DNA from: Geosiphon pyriformis uo1
Taxonomy: Eukaryota; Fungi; Glomeromycota
Direction of reading: 5' to 3'
NCBI GenBank assembly: GCA_016748015.1
Contig: JAAOMT010000328.1
Location: forward strand, 450,955-514,954
Length of the DNA stretch: 64,000 bases
The notes beneath the pieces were generated by a model that saw only the letters and a program-made list of their open reading frames with translations, had not been told where the DNA came from and searched no databases. This document shows positions 1 through 10,961 of the stretch, one piece after another; position 1 is the first letter of the stretch; each line of letters opens with the position of its first letter. Position numbers and translations under genes: made by a program.

Positions 1-1370
1 AGAACCAAGTAGCAAGAGAGCCTTGGAGATAGCCACCAACAATTTGGAACTTGTATTCATTATCATATTGGTTTGCTGTGGCAGCTCTCTCAAAATCATC
101 TAGCCATTCAATTGGATCTTGGACATCATCTCTGAATAACAGTTATGGGGTGTTGTTTCTTTGCCCTAAAGCAGTCTGTATATCTTGAAGGGTGATCAGA
201 ATGTTTTGTTGTAGAGGGTCTTAAGCCATTGGTTCAGGTGTAACTGTTTGTGTGGAGTGTTCTGATTTACTTGAAAAGAGATCAAAAACAGGAACAGTTT
301 AATAGCTTTCTTCTTCTGTTTTAAGAGAAGTTTCTGTTGATTAATGGGCAGCAATTCAAATGTGGTGTTATAATTGAAACTTATACTTCTTATTAATTAT
401 TACATGTATTAACTACTGATATCACATAAATTAGCCACTCTATTTTTAGTAAGTGATCATTGATCTGATCAATGACCTGACCGTTGACTTAATCATTAAC
501 TTAATTATTGATCTGATCAATGACCTTATTATTAACCTGATTATTGACCTGATCATTGACCTAGTCATTGACCTGATTATTGACCACTTTTGATAGCTAT
601 ATAAGCAATGAATCTCTTAGCTGTAGAAAAACATGAAGAAATAAAGAAATCAAGGAAATCAAATAAATAAAATAACAACTTTTATTTTAATCCTTCTCTT
701 ATTGCTAATTTCCCTTTCCCTACTTTCAAGTATCTGAACATCTTAAAGATAAAAGATTACTTGTTGGTTATTTCTTACTCTTTTTTTGAAATGTGTAATT
801 GCAGCATTTGAAGATTATTAAATAAAACATGACTGAAAAGTACATCTGATACCTGATATTGAATTCTAAAAGCACCAATGTGAGGCATAGAATTGTATCA
901 GGTGTGATCATTTGTTGACAGTATGAACTATCCCTCTACCTTTAGATTCTCTGGTTATTTTTGAAAAGTATAGCAACTGAGATATTTTATGAAACTGATC
1001 TCACATATTGAATCCATACTTATTTAATTCACTCTTTGAAGTTGAATTTTCTTTGATTCCTTTTATCACCCTACAATTCTGTTCTCCCTTGCTATTTGTT
1101 AGCTTGTTACTCCAATCTGTAACAGTGGATTTGATGATTCAGATATTCGAAATCAGGGGGCTGTTGTTTAAAGATTGTAGAATATAAGAGCTGATTGATA
1201 TTATTGTTTCTTTCTTCAAAGTTATCTTCAAAATAAGCTTGGTCAAAATAATAGGTTGTATAAGCTGTGTAGGTTTCAGCTGAATGCTCATTCAGGAACC
1301 AGTTCCAAAAGTCTTGAAATTGTCTACTGGATTGTTTTTTAATGGGGAAGCAAATCAAGCAGAAAGACAA
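1..1370 (-). pseudogene. gag: Degenerate retrotransposon Gag (capsid-like), split by a solo LTR
   Basis: ORF 1370-1125 (...FEYLNHQIH) continues after removing 366-1124 into a WLDDFERAATAN capsid-like motif; in-frame stops. Confidence 0.75.
366..1124 (+). repeat. Solo LTR, family A, 4-bp TSD GTGG
   Basis: TGTTA...TAACA termini; GTGG at 362-365 and 1125-1128; aligns with 2882-3611. Confidence 0.9.
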
Positions 1371-1488
1371 AAGATTGAGTTCAATAAAGTTTAGATCATT
1401 TTTATTGTGTGCTTCAAAGTGTTCCTCTAATTGTTGTGATAAGTATGAATAATCACCTATACAATAAGAAACAAAGTGGAATTTGACA

Positions 1489-1506
1489 ACCTCACAGGGA
1501 GCACCA
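1489..1506 (-). promoter_or_regulatory. Primer-binding site TGGTGCTCCCTGTGAGGT
   Basis: 18 nt starting TGG (complement of tRNA CCA), 6 nt inside the LTR end. Confidence 0.85.
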
Positions 1507-1512
1507 CTTTTA

Positions 1513-2169
1513 TGTTACAGGTTGGAGTAACAAGCTAACAGATAGCAAGGGAGAACAGAATTGTAAGATAATAGAAATAATTAAAGAGCTTTCAACTTCA
1601 ATAAGTAAATTGAATAAGTATAGATTCAATGTGCAAGATCAGTCTCATAAAATATCTTAGTTACTGTATTTTTCAAAAATAATCAGGAGATCTGAAGATA
1701 GAGGGATAGTCTGTACTGTCAACAAATAATTACACTTGGTATAATTCTATGCCTCACATTGGTGCTCTTAGAATTCAATATCAAGTATCAGATGTACTTT
1801 TCAGTCATGTTTTATTCAATAGTCTTCAAATGCTGCAATTACACATTTCAGGAAAAGGATAGGTAAATGCCAATAAGTAGTCTTTTATTTTTAAGATGTT
1901 CAGATACTTGAAGGTAAGAAAAAAGAAATTAGCAATAAAAAAAGGATTAAGATGAAGTTGTTATTTTATTTCTTTAATTCTTATATGCATTTCTACAGCT
2001 AAGAGATTCATCACTTATATAGCTGTCAAAAGTGGTCAATGATTAAATCAATAGTCAGGTTATTAATCAGATTAATGATTACTTTCTAAAAATAGAGTGG
2101 CTAATTTATGTGACATTAATGGCTAATACATGTGATAATTAATAAAAAGTATAAGTTTCAACTGTAATA
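1513..2169 (-). repeat. 5' LTR of A1
   Basis: Reverse complement of family-A LTR, adjacent to PBS. Confidence 0.88.
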
Positions 2170-2566
2170 TTAGGTATCAGATGTACTTTTCAGTCATGTT
2201 TTATTCAATAATCTTCAAATACTATAATTACACATTTCAGGAAAAGGATAAGGAATAACCAACAAGTAATCTTTTATTCCAAAATATTCAGATACTTAAA
2301 AATAGGGAAAGAGAAATTAGTAATAAAAGAATAATTAAAATGAAAGTTGTTATTTTATTTGTTTTTTTTCTTTGATTCTTATATGTTTTTCTACAGCTAA
2401 GAGATTTATTACTTATATAGCTATCAAAAGTGATCAATGATCAGGTCAATAACTAAGTCAATAATCAGATTAATGATCACTATCTAAAAATAGATTGGCT
2501 AATTATATAACATCAATGGCTAATATATATAATAATTAATAAGAAGTATAGGTTTCAACCATAACA
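2170..2566 (-). repeat. 5' half of another family-A LTR, interrupted by A1
   Basis: Repeats the sequence of ~1780-2169; terminus ATAACA at 2561-2566 abuts a pol fragment with no PPT. Confidence 0.8.
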
Positions 2567-2881
2567 ATACTATAGTATGTTCCCTGTCATTTTTATTTTT
2601 TTGTGAAAGGACAGCACCAAATCTATAGCCAGATATATCAGTGTAGAGGATGAAAAATTGGTCTAAATCAGGTTGCTTAAGATAACAAGTCTTTCTTTCA
2701 GAGTTTTAAAAGCTTTTTACTGGTGAGTGTTCCAATGATAATTGACATTTTTTTATAAATTTGCAATTGTAAAAAGCCAAACCAAAAAAAAAGTGTAGTT
2801 TAGAAACATTTATTAGTTGTTTAATGTTCTGGACTTTTTCAACTTTAACTGGGTCAGAAAAGATTCCATTTTTTGTAATAA
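2567..2881 (-). pseudogene. pol: Family-A pol fragment (RT thumb/RNase H) of an older host element A0
   Basis: Reverse complement aligns with ~6483-6852; ITKNGI and FILYTDISGYRFGAVLSQK motifs. Confidence 0.8.
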
Positions 2882-3611
2882 TGTTACAGTTGAAACCTAC
2901 ACTTCTTATTAATTATTACATGTATTAACCACTGATGTCATATAATTAGCCACTCTATTTTTAGATAGTAATCATTAACCTGATCAATGACTTAACTATT
3001 GACTTGATCATTGACCTAATCAATAATCTAATCATTGACCTAATCATTGATCTGATCATTAACCTAGTTGTTAACCTGATCATTAACCACTTTTGATAAC
3101 TATATAAGTGATAAATCTCTTAGCTGTAGAAAAGTATGTAAGAATCAAAGAAATAAAATAACAATTTTTATCTCAATTATTCTCTTATCGCTAATTTCCC
3201 TTTCCCTACCTTCAAGTATTTAAACATCTTGAAATAAAAGATTACTTGTTGGTTATTTTTTACTCTTTTTCTGAAATGTGTAATTGCAGCATTTGAAAAT
3301 TATTGAATAAAATATAACTAAAGAGCACATCTGATACCTAATATTGAATTCTAAGAGTGCTAATATAAAGCATAGAATTATACCAGTGTGTGATTATTTG
3401 TTAACAATATGAACTATTTTTCTATCTTCAAATTCTTTGGTTATCTTTTGAAAAGTATAGTGACTGAGATATTTTATGAGATTGATCTTGCACATTGAAT
3501 CCATATTTATTTAATTCACTCTTTGAAGTTAAATTCTCTTTGATTTTTTTCATCATTTTACAATCTTGTTTTCCCTTGCTATCTGTTAGCTTGTTACTCC
3601 AATCTGTAACA
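2882..3611 (+). repeat. 5' LTR of A2
   Basis: TGTTACAG...CTGTAACA followed by TAAAAG and PBS; 12-bp TGATCATTGACC tandem array inside. Confidence 0.9.
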
Positions 3612-3617
3612 TAAAAG

Positions 3618-3635
3618 TGGTGCTTTCTGTGAGAT
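3618..3635 (+). promoter_or_regulatory. PBS of A2 (transition-mutated)
   Basis: TGGTGCTTTCTGTGAGAT versus consensus TGGTGCTCCCTGTGAGGT. Confidence 0.8.
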
Positions 3636-3787
3636 TGTCAAAATCCACTTTGTTTTCTATTGTATGGGTAATTATTCATATCTGCCATAACAATTAGAAG
3701 AACACTTTGAAGCACACAACAAAAACAATCTAGACTTTATTAAACTCAATTTTTTGCTCTCCTGCTTGATTTGCTTCCTACATTTTT

Positions 3788-3990
3788 TTGAAAAATATTA
3801 GTAAAAAGCTGTCTTTAGTGGCTTCTGGTTTATTTTCTTCACCTTTGGCTAATAGTTTTTCTCCAGTTAAAGTTTCTTTCAAAAGACACACTTGGATTAG
3901 TCCCAGTGTTGTTTCTACTATTTCTAAAAGCCCAAAGATTTTTAATAACAAACCAGTCAACAAGTTGGTTTTCCCCACTCTCACCATTTT

Positions 3991-4028
<38 letters not shown>

Positions 4029-5929
4029 TACAAATGGATGTAAAAGCCAAAAATTCCAAAAAACAGCAGCTAGTACTTGCAACTGCTTTGGTGACACTGA
4101 ATCTCTTTGTGGTTCTAGATAAAATCTTAGATAAGATTTCTATAGCAGCAGCCAGCCCTCTTTCTAATGTGAATGGCAACAACAGCAGTATATCTTCCAA
4201 GATGAACCAAGATCAACTACTGGCTGTGTTGCCTGATGTGATATTCTCCAACAAATCATTACCAATTCCAGTAGCAAAACAGTCCATCATTTCAGATGAT
4301 CTTAAAGATTAGGCTGATCAGATAGAAATGAAATCAACTGCTCTTCTCTTAGTTTCTGGTGTTACTGATGATAATGCTTGGAAAAATGTGAATGGTCATT
4401 AAAGATTCTTTGGTTGGGTGGCCTCCAATCTTGTATCTAGTGCTATATTTAAGATCAAGATAACTCTGCTCAGTTTCTTGTTTCAGTTGCTGTCTGGTTG
4501 CATTGGGCTTAAGTCTGTTTCAAAAAATGCCATTAAGTTGTTCTGTGTAGAATTTGCATTTTAGGAAAGTCTAAATGGTGCCACCAAAGTGGCCATTAAT
4601 AATGAAGTTTTTTTAACTACTCTTAAGATTGTAAAGTTTTCTGGTGTGATCTCTGTTTCTTCTCCTTTTTTGTTGGTTGTACTTTGTAATATATCTTTGG
4701 ATATCTCTTCTAATAACATCAAATCTGCTCTTGACATGTTTGGTGTTGTCATTTCAGTCAAGTTAAAGCCAGCTGGTTTATAGCAATATGCTGTGGTTTA
4801 TTTTAAAGACACTTCTTTTGCTGCTACCACTCTTACTTACTGGTCTGTGTTAATTAGAAAAGACAATATTAGAATTCTCTCTTTTACCAACCAAAATGAT
4901 GTTATTTCTTCAAAAGATACTTTTAAGGCTAAGTTGGTCAATCTTTCTTTTGGCTGTACTGTCTTTGAGATAAGTGATTTGGTCTCCCAAATTAGTGGCC
5001 ATATATGTTTTATTTCTTGCTCTCCTGAATCTTATTGAGATTAATACTTTGCTGTAGTTACCTTTGATTTTTTGGAATCTCTGAATGTTGTTGTGTCAAA
5101 AACTGGTACCTTACATAGTTGCCATATTTAGTAGAAAACTTCTGGATGTTGCCACTGCTATAGGTGTCAAGACTTGAATTATTTGGCTGTAGACTACAAG
5201 AAGTTACCTTCTCTTCCACCCAAACTCTCTTTTAACACTTCTGGTAACCCCAAAGTTTTCAAACTTTTATTTGCTAGATCTAAATTTTATGCCAAAGCTG
5301 CTGCTTTAGTGGTTTTTTTTGTTGCTGCTGTTGCTAATATGAACTTGGATCTTGGTGGTCCTTCTAAAACTACAACATCTATGTTGTCTGTTGTTCTTTC
5401 TGCTTCCAATTTTGCTGTTGAATCTAGGTTGGCTTCTCTGAAATTCCACCTTAGTGAACTGTCTGTGTTGATAAAATTTTTGGTTGAACCTCTTGGTGTT
5501 CTGATTGTATTGGTTACCAAATTGCTGTCTATTCCACTTGCTGTGGATGTATCAATTAAAAAATGTGTGGCTGGGTTGGTTAAGCAAAATAAAGGCTTGG
5601 CTGCTGTTGCTTCCATAATGCAGAAAAGAATAACACATCTTAAGAAAAAATGTGAGCAAGTTTGCTTGAAGAACGTATTTGATAATGATGACATAGTTAA
5701 TAATAATAATAATAATGATAAAAATTTTTCAGTTTATAATAACACCTTTGATGTTATAATGCATTTTTGGAAAGATTAGTCTTCCAGTATCAAATCCAAT
5801 CCTGATCAGACTGTTAAGTAAATGAGTGGTATGGTTAAAAATAGTTATGAGTTTGTTAATATTATAGATAAGATATATGAATAAGATATGTTTAATACAT
5901 TAAGTAGCAAAGGTAGTATTAGTATGTAG
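3788..5929 (+). pseudogene. LINE ORF1-like nucleic-acid-binding protein (RRM-like domains, zinc knuckle, coiled coil)
   Basis: ORFs 3788, 4589, 4793, 5174 share one frame; VLCNISLDISSNNIKSALDMFGVVISVKL..WSVLIRKDNIRI matches VIVKKIPVDLPRSAIESVFSKFGQV..WSVFVDKDSVCV; degenerate knuckle CYRCQDLNYLAVDY. Confidence 0.7.
3992..4027 (+). repeat. (ACT)12 microsatellite encoding poly-Thr
   Basis: Seen directly. Confidence 0.95.
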
Positions 5930-6062
5930 TTAGGACTTTTTACTTGTAATTAGCTGTATCTTGTGATTTGTATTATTGGGTGACCTGGCTTTATGAAAGT
6001 ACTTATTACTGTGGACATAATTAATAAATGACCAGTATGACTACACATTAACAAAAAAAAAA

Positions 6063-7138
6063 TCACTATAAGAGACATGTATTCACTCTCCAAAATTAAT
6101 GCAATGATAAATAAATTCAATAGTACTGCTTTCTTCTTAACCATTAACTTAACTGTTAGATTTTGGCAAATAGAGATGGATCTAGAAAATAGAAAAAAAA
6201 CTGCCTTTATCACCAAATATGACACTTATGAATTTACAATCATGCTTTTTGGTCTTACCAATGTCTCTTCTACTTTTCAATACCTAATGGACAAAGTATT
6301 TGAATCAGTAAAAAAAAACTTTGTTCTGGTTTACTTAGATAACATAATAGTCTACTTAAAAATCATAAATAAACACTTTAAACATTTGTAGAAGGTTTTT
6401 GACTTGTTTAGAAATGCTGGTTTTAAGATCAACCCAATCAAATTTTTTTTTAGACATTAATTCACCCAGTTTCTTGGTCATCTTATTACAAAAGATGGAA
6501 TCTTTCCCGACTCAGTTAAAGTTGAAAAAGTTTAAAACATTAAACAACCAATGAATGTTCTTAAACTATGTTTTTTTCTTGGTTTGGCTTCTTATTATCA
6601 CAAATTTATTAAGGATTTCTCCAAAATCACCTTTTCTTTTAATCAGCTACTCAGAAAAAATGTCAATTATCACTGAGGCATTTATTAACAAAAAGCTTTT
6701 AAAATTCTGAAGGAAAAACTTGTTACTGAACCAATTCTTAAGCAACCTAATCTGAACCAATTTTTCATCCTTTATACTAATACATCTGGCTATTGACTTG
6801 GTGTTGTCTTTTTACAGAAAAATGAAAATGGCAAAGAACATGTTATAGCATATACCAGTAGATTCCTCACACCAGCAAAAAAGAACTATTCAGTTATTAA
6901 ACAAGAATGTTTAGCAGTAGTTTGGGCTACTAGTTACTGGGATCAATATCTTCTTGGTGTAAAATTCTTAGTGGTAACAAATTATCAAGTCTTGGTTTGG
7001 CTGCACAATAAAAAAAAGCTGGAACACAAATGAATAACTCATTAGATTCTCTACTTGGATAAATTTGATTATAATATTTAATACCACAAAAGAGCAAATT
7101 ATTAAAATGCCAACACTTTCTTTAGACTTACCATCTAG
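6063..7138 (+). pseudogene. pol: A2 reverse transcriptase-RNase H, 5'-truncated
   Basis: KTAFITK, MLFGLTN, VYLDNII, FLGH, LYTNTSGY, KQECLAVVWA motifs. Confidence 0.9.
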
Positions 7139-7199
7139 TAATAGTACAACCTCTTAAATTAAACCAACCTAATTATTAGTAACTCTTTCACAAACAAAC

Positions 7200-8024
7200 A
7201 TGATAATAGACTTAGACAACTACTCTGCCTTAATAGAATTTTTGGATAAAGGACAATACCCATCAGAATACACTTAACAGCAAAGAGAACATTTGTGCAA
7301 ACAATTAAATTTTTTATTTAATCTACCAGAACCAATTATATAAAAGAAACAGAAAAGATCCTAACCATCTCCAGAGAGTCATCAAATTTGAAAAAAGAGA
7401 AATTGTAATATACAACATGCATACTGACTCATTAGTTAGACACTTTGGAAAAACAAAAACAATTCAGAAAACTTTAGCTTGCTATTATTGGCCTATCTTG
7501 AGAAAGAACATTGCTGAATACATTAAAACTTGTAACATCTGCCAAAGAAAAAGCAAATCCAATTGCAAAAAAAATATTCATCCAATCTCTGTTAATCAAT
7601 TATTTGACAGAATTGGTATAGATGTTGTTGGATCTTTAATAATAATTTCTGATAGCAACAGATATATTATTACAGCTACTGACTATCTTATAAAGTAGAT
7701 AGAAGCAAGAGCCACTCCAAACCAAATAGCAGTCTCAATACCCAATTTTATTTATAAAAATATCATCTGCTATCATGGCTGCTCCAAAGAACTTTTATCT
7801 GATAGAGGAAAAGCTTTTTTCAGTACACTGGTTAAAGAACTTTGTAGAAAAATAGGAATACATCATAAACTATCTTCTTCTTACCACCCTTAAACAAATA
7901 GCTTAGTGAAACATTTTAATAAAATACTATGTAAAACTCTGGCCAAAACCAGTGAAGAAACAAACTTATGGAACAAAGTACTGCCTTCAGCTTTGTTTGT
8001 TTATAGAACTGTGGATTATAACAT
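7200..8024 (+). pseudogene. A2 integrase, N-terminal part
   Basis: HHCC (MHTDSLVRHFG..CNIC), IGIDVVG, LSDRG, SSYHP motifs; interrupted by B1. Confidence 0.9.
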
Positions 8025-8909
8025 TGTTACAGATTATTATTTGGGATCTCAAATCAAATAACAAATCTGTAACTTGGTGCTCAATATCTTGACAATGCTA
8101 GTAATACTGGTATATTGGTTGTATCTAAAGGTTTTAGAGTTAAGTCCTTTGTATAATGAACAGAGATTCAATAACAATGTAGTTGGTTGGTGAGTTGTGT
8201 TCCCAATTTCTGTCTTCAGCTTGGTGGCTGGTTTATTCTGGCAGTTATATCCTTTTGGTAAGCTATCCATTAATATATATATAATTTTACCCTTATTTCT
8301 GGGTCTTTTACCAGCTATTTGTGACATCAATTACTCAGCACTTTAATCCTTAATCAGTTAGTATATAACAGTAAAAATCAAAGAAAAAAAGAAATAAAAA
8401 AAATAAAGAAATGAGCCAAGGTGATGTGCATATTAGTATCTTGTCAATAGTCATGATCAAGAGCTATTGTTCCAGCATGGTTAGGTATCAATTACTATCA
8501 ACATAAAGTGTTGATAGTGGAGAGTGGATTTGGAATAGTGAATAATTTATTTATTTTAATATTTGTGGATAAAAAATTTCTAACTAAAGGATTCTTATCT
8601 TTCTACTTCTAATGCTATCACTATATATACATAATTGATGTTCTATGAGATCGCTCACATTCCTGAGCAATGTGCTATGATTTCTTGAGCAATGTTCATA
8701 TTGTTGAGCAATATGCTCTAATTTTCTAATATTGCTCCATATTGCTAAGCAATATGCCATGTTTTCTGATATTGCTCCACATTGCTAAGCAATATACTAT
8801 GATTTCTATCATTGCTCTATATTGCTGAGCAATATGCTCACGTGCTATATACTATTTACTCATTGGTCTACTATTCTTCCTATATCTGTTTTTCTTTTTA
8901 TGAGTAATA
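8025..8909 (-). repeat. 3' LTR of B1
   Basis: Matches 18012-18797; preceded on the minus strand by PPT AAAAAGGAGGAGATAA (8910-8925). Confidence 0.92.
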
Positions 8910-8923
8910 TTATCTCCTCCTTT

Positions 8924-9522
8924 TTAATATTGAGCTTCATTGAAATCTTCATTCTGAATTAGTTCTAATACTTCTTTTTCTAGTATTGTTTGTTCAACTT
9001 TATTTTTTATGTCTTCTACTTGTACATTGTTCATTCTTCCTTATTGGTTAATGGTTATGGTTTCTATATCAGAGTGTAACAGTATTTCTGGATAGTTCTA
9101 AAATATATTGTGCAGTTGGTAAATTGTTCTCACATGTAGTGTTGAGTTTGTCTTTTTCCCAATAAATTCTTCAATTTGTTGTATTATGTTTTGATTAAAT
9201 ATCCTCTTAGATTTGTTGATATACAACTTTTAAATATTCGAAGTTGTTTTGTCTATTACTTCCAATTCTTTTTTGTAAGTTCTTCTGTTAGTGCCATAAT
9301 AGATATTTTTCCAAAAGTGTTCTTTACTTTTTCTATTATTTTATCTGACCAGTTTTTATCATTCTTTGGTAACCACTAATATAGTGTATTCTTTGTTTTT
9401 TTTTTGGTGTTTTGATAGCAAATTGTTTGGTTGTTAATGATAATTTCTATGTTTAAAGATTGTTGACTTAAGGCCTGAAATAATTGTTAAGCTATAATGT
9501 GGATATAATCTGGTATTTCTAT
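8924..9522 (-). pseudogene. B1 ORF3, unknown function
   Basis: IIQQIEEFIGK..DFNEAQY*; homologous to 26944-27702; small internal deletion relative to B3/B4. Confidence 0.7.
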
Positions 9523-9542
9523 TTTTTTCTTGGTTGCCTTTG

Positions 9543-10961
9543 TCATGTATACTGTGTCTTTATATACTTTTTTATTGTTTGATTTTACATGTTTGGTCCA
9601 ATAATTATGATTGGTTCCAGATCTCGTAGAATCTCCTCTGATTGAACTAGTATTTGTTGTACTCCTAATTGTGAAATATTATTGGTAGATAATGATGCTA
9701 TTTGGTAATATAGTTTCAGTCGATCACCATGTGCTGCTTTGGTTAAAATTTTGTTGTCCCATTTTAATTTATAAGCTCCATTTCCAAGAATTTCTTCTAT
9801 GTAGAATGGTCTATCTTATTTGGGGTCAAATTTTCCACTCCATTGTTTTTCTGCTTTGGTATAATGTAGAAGTACTTTGTCTCCAATCTTGAATTCAATT
9901 GGTTTATCTGATAATTGGTTATTGTATTGTTTTTTTTGCTTTTCTTGAGACTTTTAAATATTATCAGCTGCTTTTTATTGTCTGTTTTCTAGTGTTTTCA
10001 TTAAGTTATATGTTCTTCTTAACAATGTTTCTTGGAAATTAGCTTCTGTTATTGGTTCAGTTGGATATGTGTTGACCTTTATCTCAACTGGTAATGTTGC
10101 TGTTCTATCATATACTAATTCAAATAGTGTTGCTTGTGTAGTATCTTGTCTTATTGTTCGATAAGCAAATAATACTAATGGTATAAACAAATCCCATTCA
10201 TCTTGGTTTTCTTGACTGATTTTGGCTATTGCTTCACACAATGTTCTATTGAATCTTTCAACTAGTTCATTGGTTTGTGGATGATATGGTGATGATAATA
10301 GTCTTTTTATCCCAAATCTCTGACTTAATTTTGTTAATGTTTTATTTACAAAATGAGTTCTTTGATCTAATAGTAGTTTTTTTGGATATCCATGTTGACA
10401 TATCAAATTTTAATAGATGAATTCAGCAACAGATTTTACATCTGCTTTTTGAATGGCTTTTGCTTCTGGCCATTTTGTAAAATAGTCTATAATCACTGCA
10501 ATATATCTGTTGCCTCTACTGGTAATTGTTAATGGTCCGACTAAGTTAATTCCAATGTGATCAAATGATTGTCCTACTTTGATTAATCTTAATGGTTCAC
10601 TGGGTTTTGTTCCACCTCTTCTTTGACAAACATTACAACTTTGAACATATTGGATGATATCTGGATACATTGATGGCCAATAGTATCTTTTTCTGGTTTT
10701 TTCTATGATTGCTTTTTTATAAAAATGTTCTGTTGTTGGATCTGAATGCATGTTAAACAATATTGTTTCTTTTTCTGATTCTGTAATTACTTTGGTTGGT
10801 TGGTCTGGATTTCTTCTGTTTTTTTGGTAAAGTATATTTTGATGATTGATAAAATATTTTGATTGCTGTTTTATGTTGTTTTGTTCTTTTTGAGATAATT
10901 TCTCTTTGAATGATTAAGTATTTATATACTGCTGGAGTTGTTGGTATTTTTGTGTGTTCAT
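9543..10961 (-). pseudogene. B1 stand-alone integrase
   Basis: Own ATG (MNTQKY); MHSDP..CNVC, SSPYHPQTNELVERFN, GPY/F-like tail. Confidence 0.9.

Larger units (their letters stand above)
1..2169 (-). mobile_element. Ty3/Gypsy LTR retrotransposon, family A copy A1 (5' LTR, PBS, gag; runs off the left edge)
   Basis: Reverse-oriented family-A LTR 1513-2169, PBS 1489-1506, then a gag-like frame reading leftwards (DPIEWLDDFERAATANQYDNEYKFQIVGGYLQG near 20-120). Confidence 0.85.
3785..6062 (+). mobile_element. ORF1-only non-autonomous LINE-like (HAL1-type) element
   Basis: Single frame 3788-5929 homologous to LINE ORF1 at 40823-42778; no ORF2; AATAAA 6023-6028; A-tract ~6053-6062; T-rich sense strand like the LINEs. 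Confidence 0.7.

Noticed and set aside
1489-1506. tRNA gene
   Set aside because: Only an 18-nt match to a tRNA 3' end including CCA; no cloverleaf, so it is a PBS
3778-4200. Antisense ORFs such as the poly-Val ORF and hydrophobic shadows opposite pol genes
   Set aside because: Reverse-strand shadows of skewed coding sequence and of the ACT microsatellite
8049-8330. Short ORFs inside family-B LTRs (also 18036-18257, 54540-54734, 45327-45542)
   Set aside because: Start and frame not conserved among LTR copies; no domain signal
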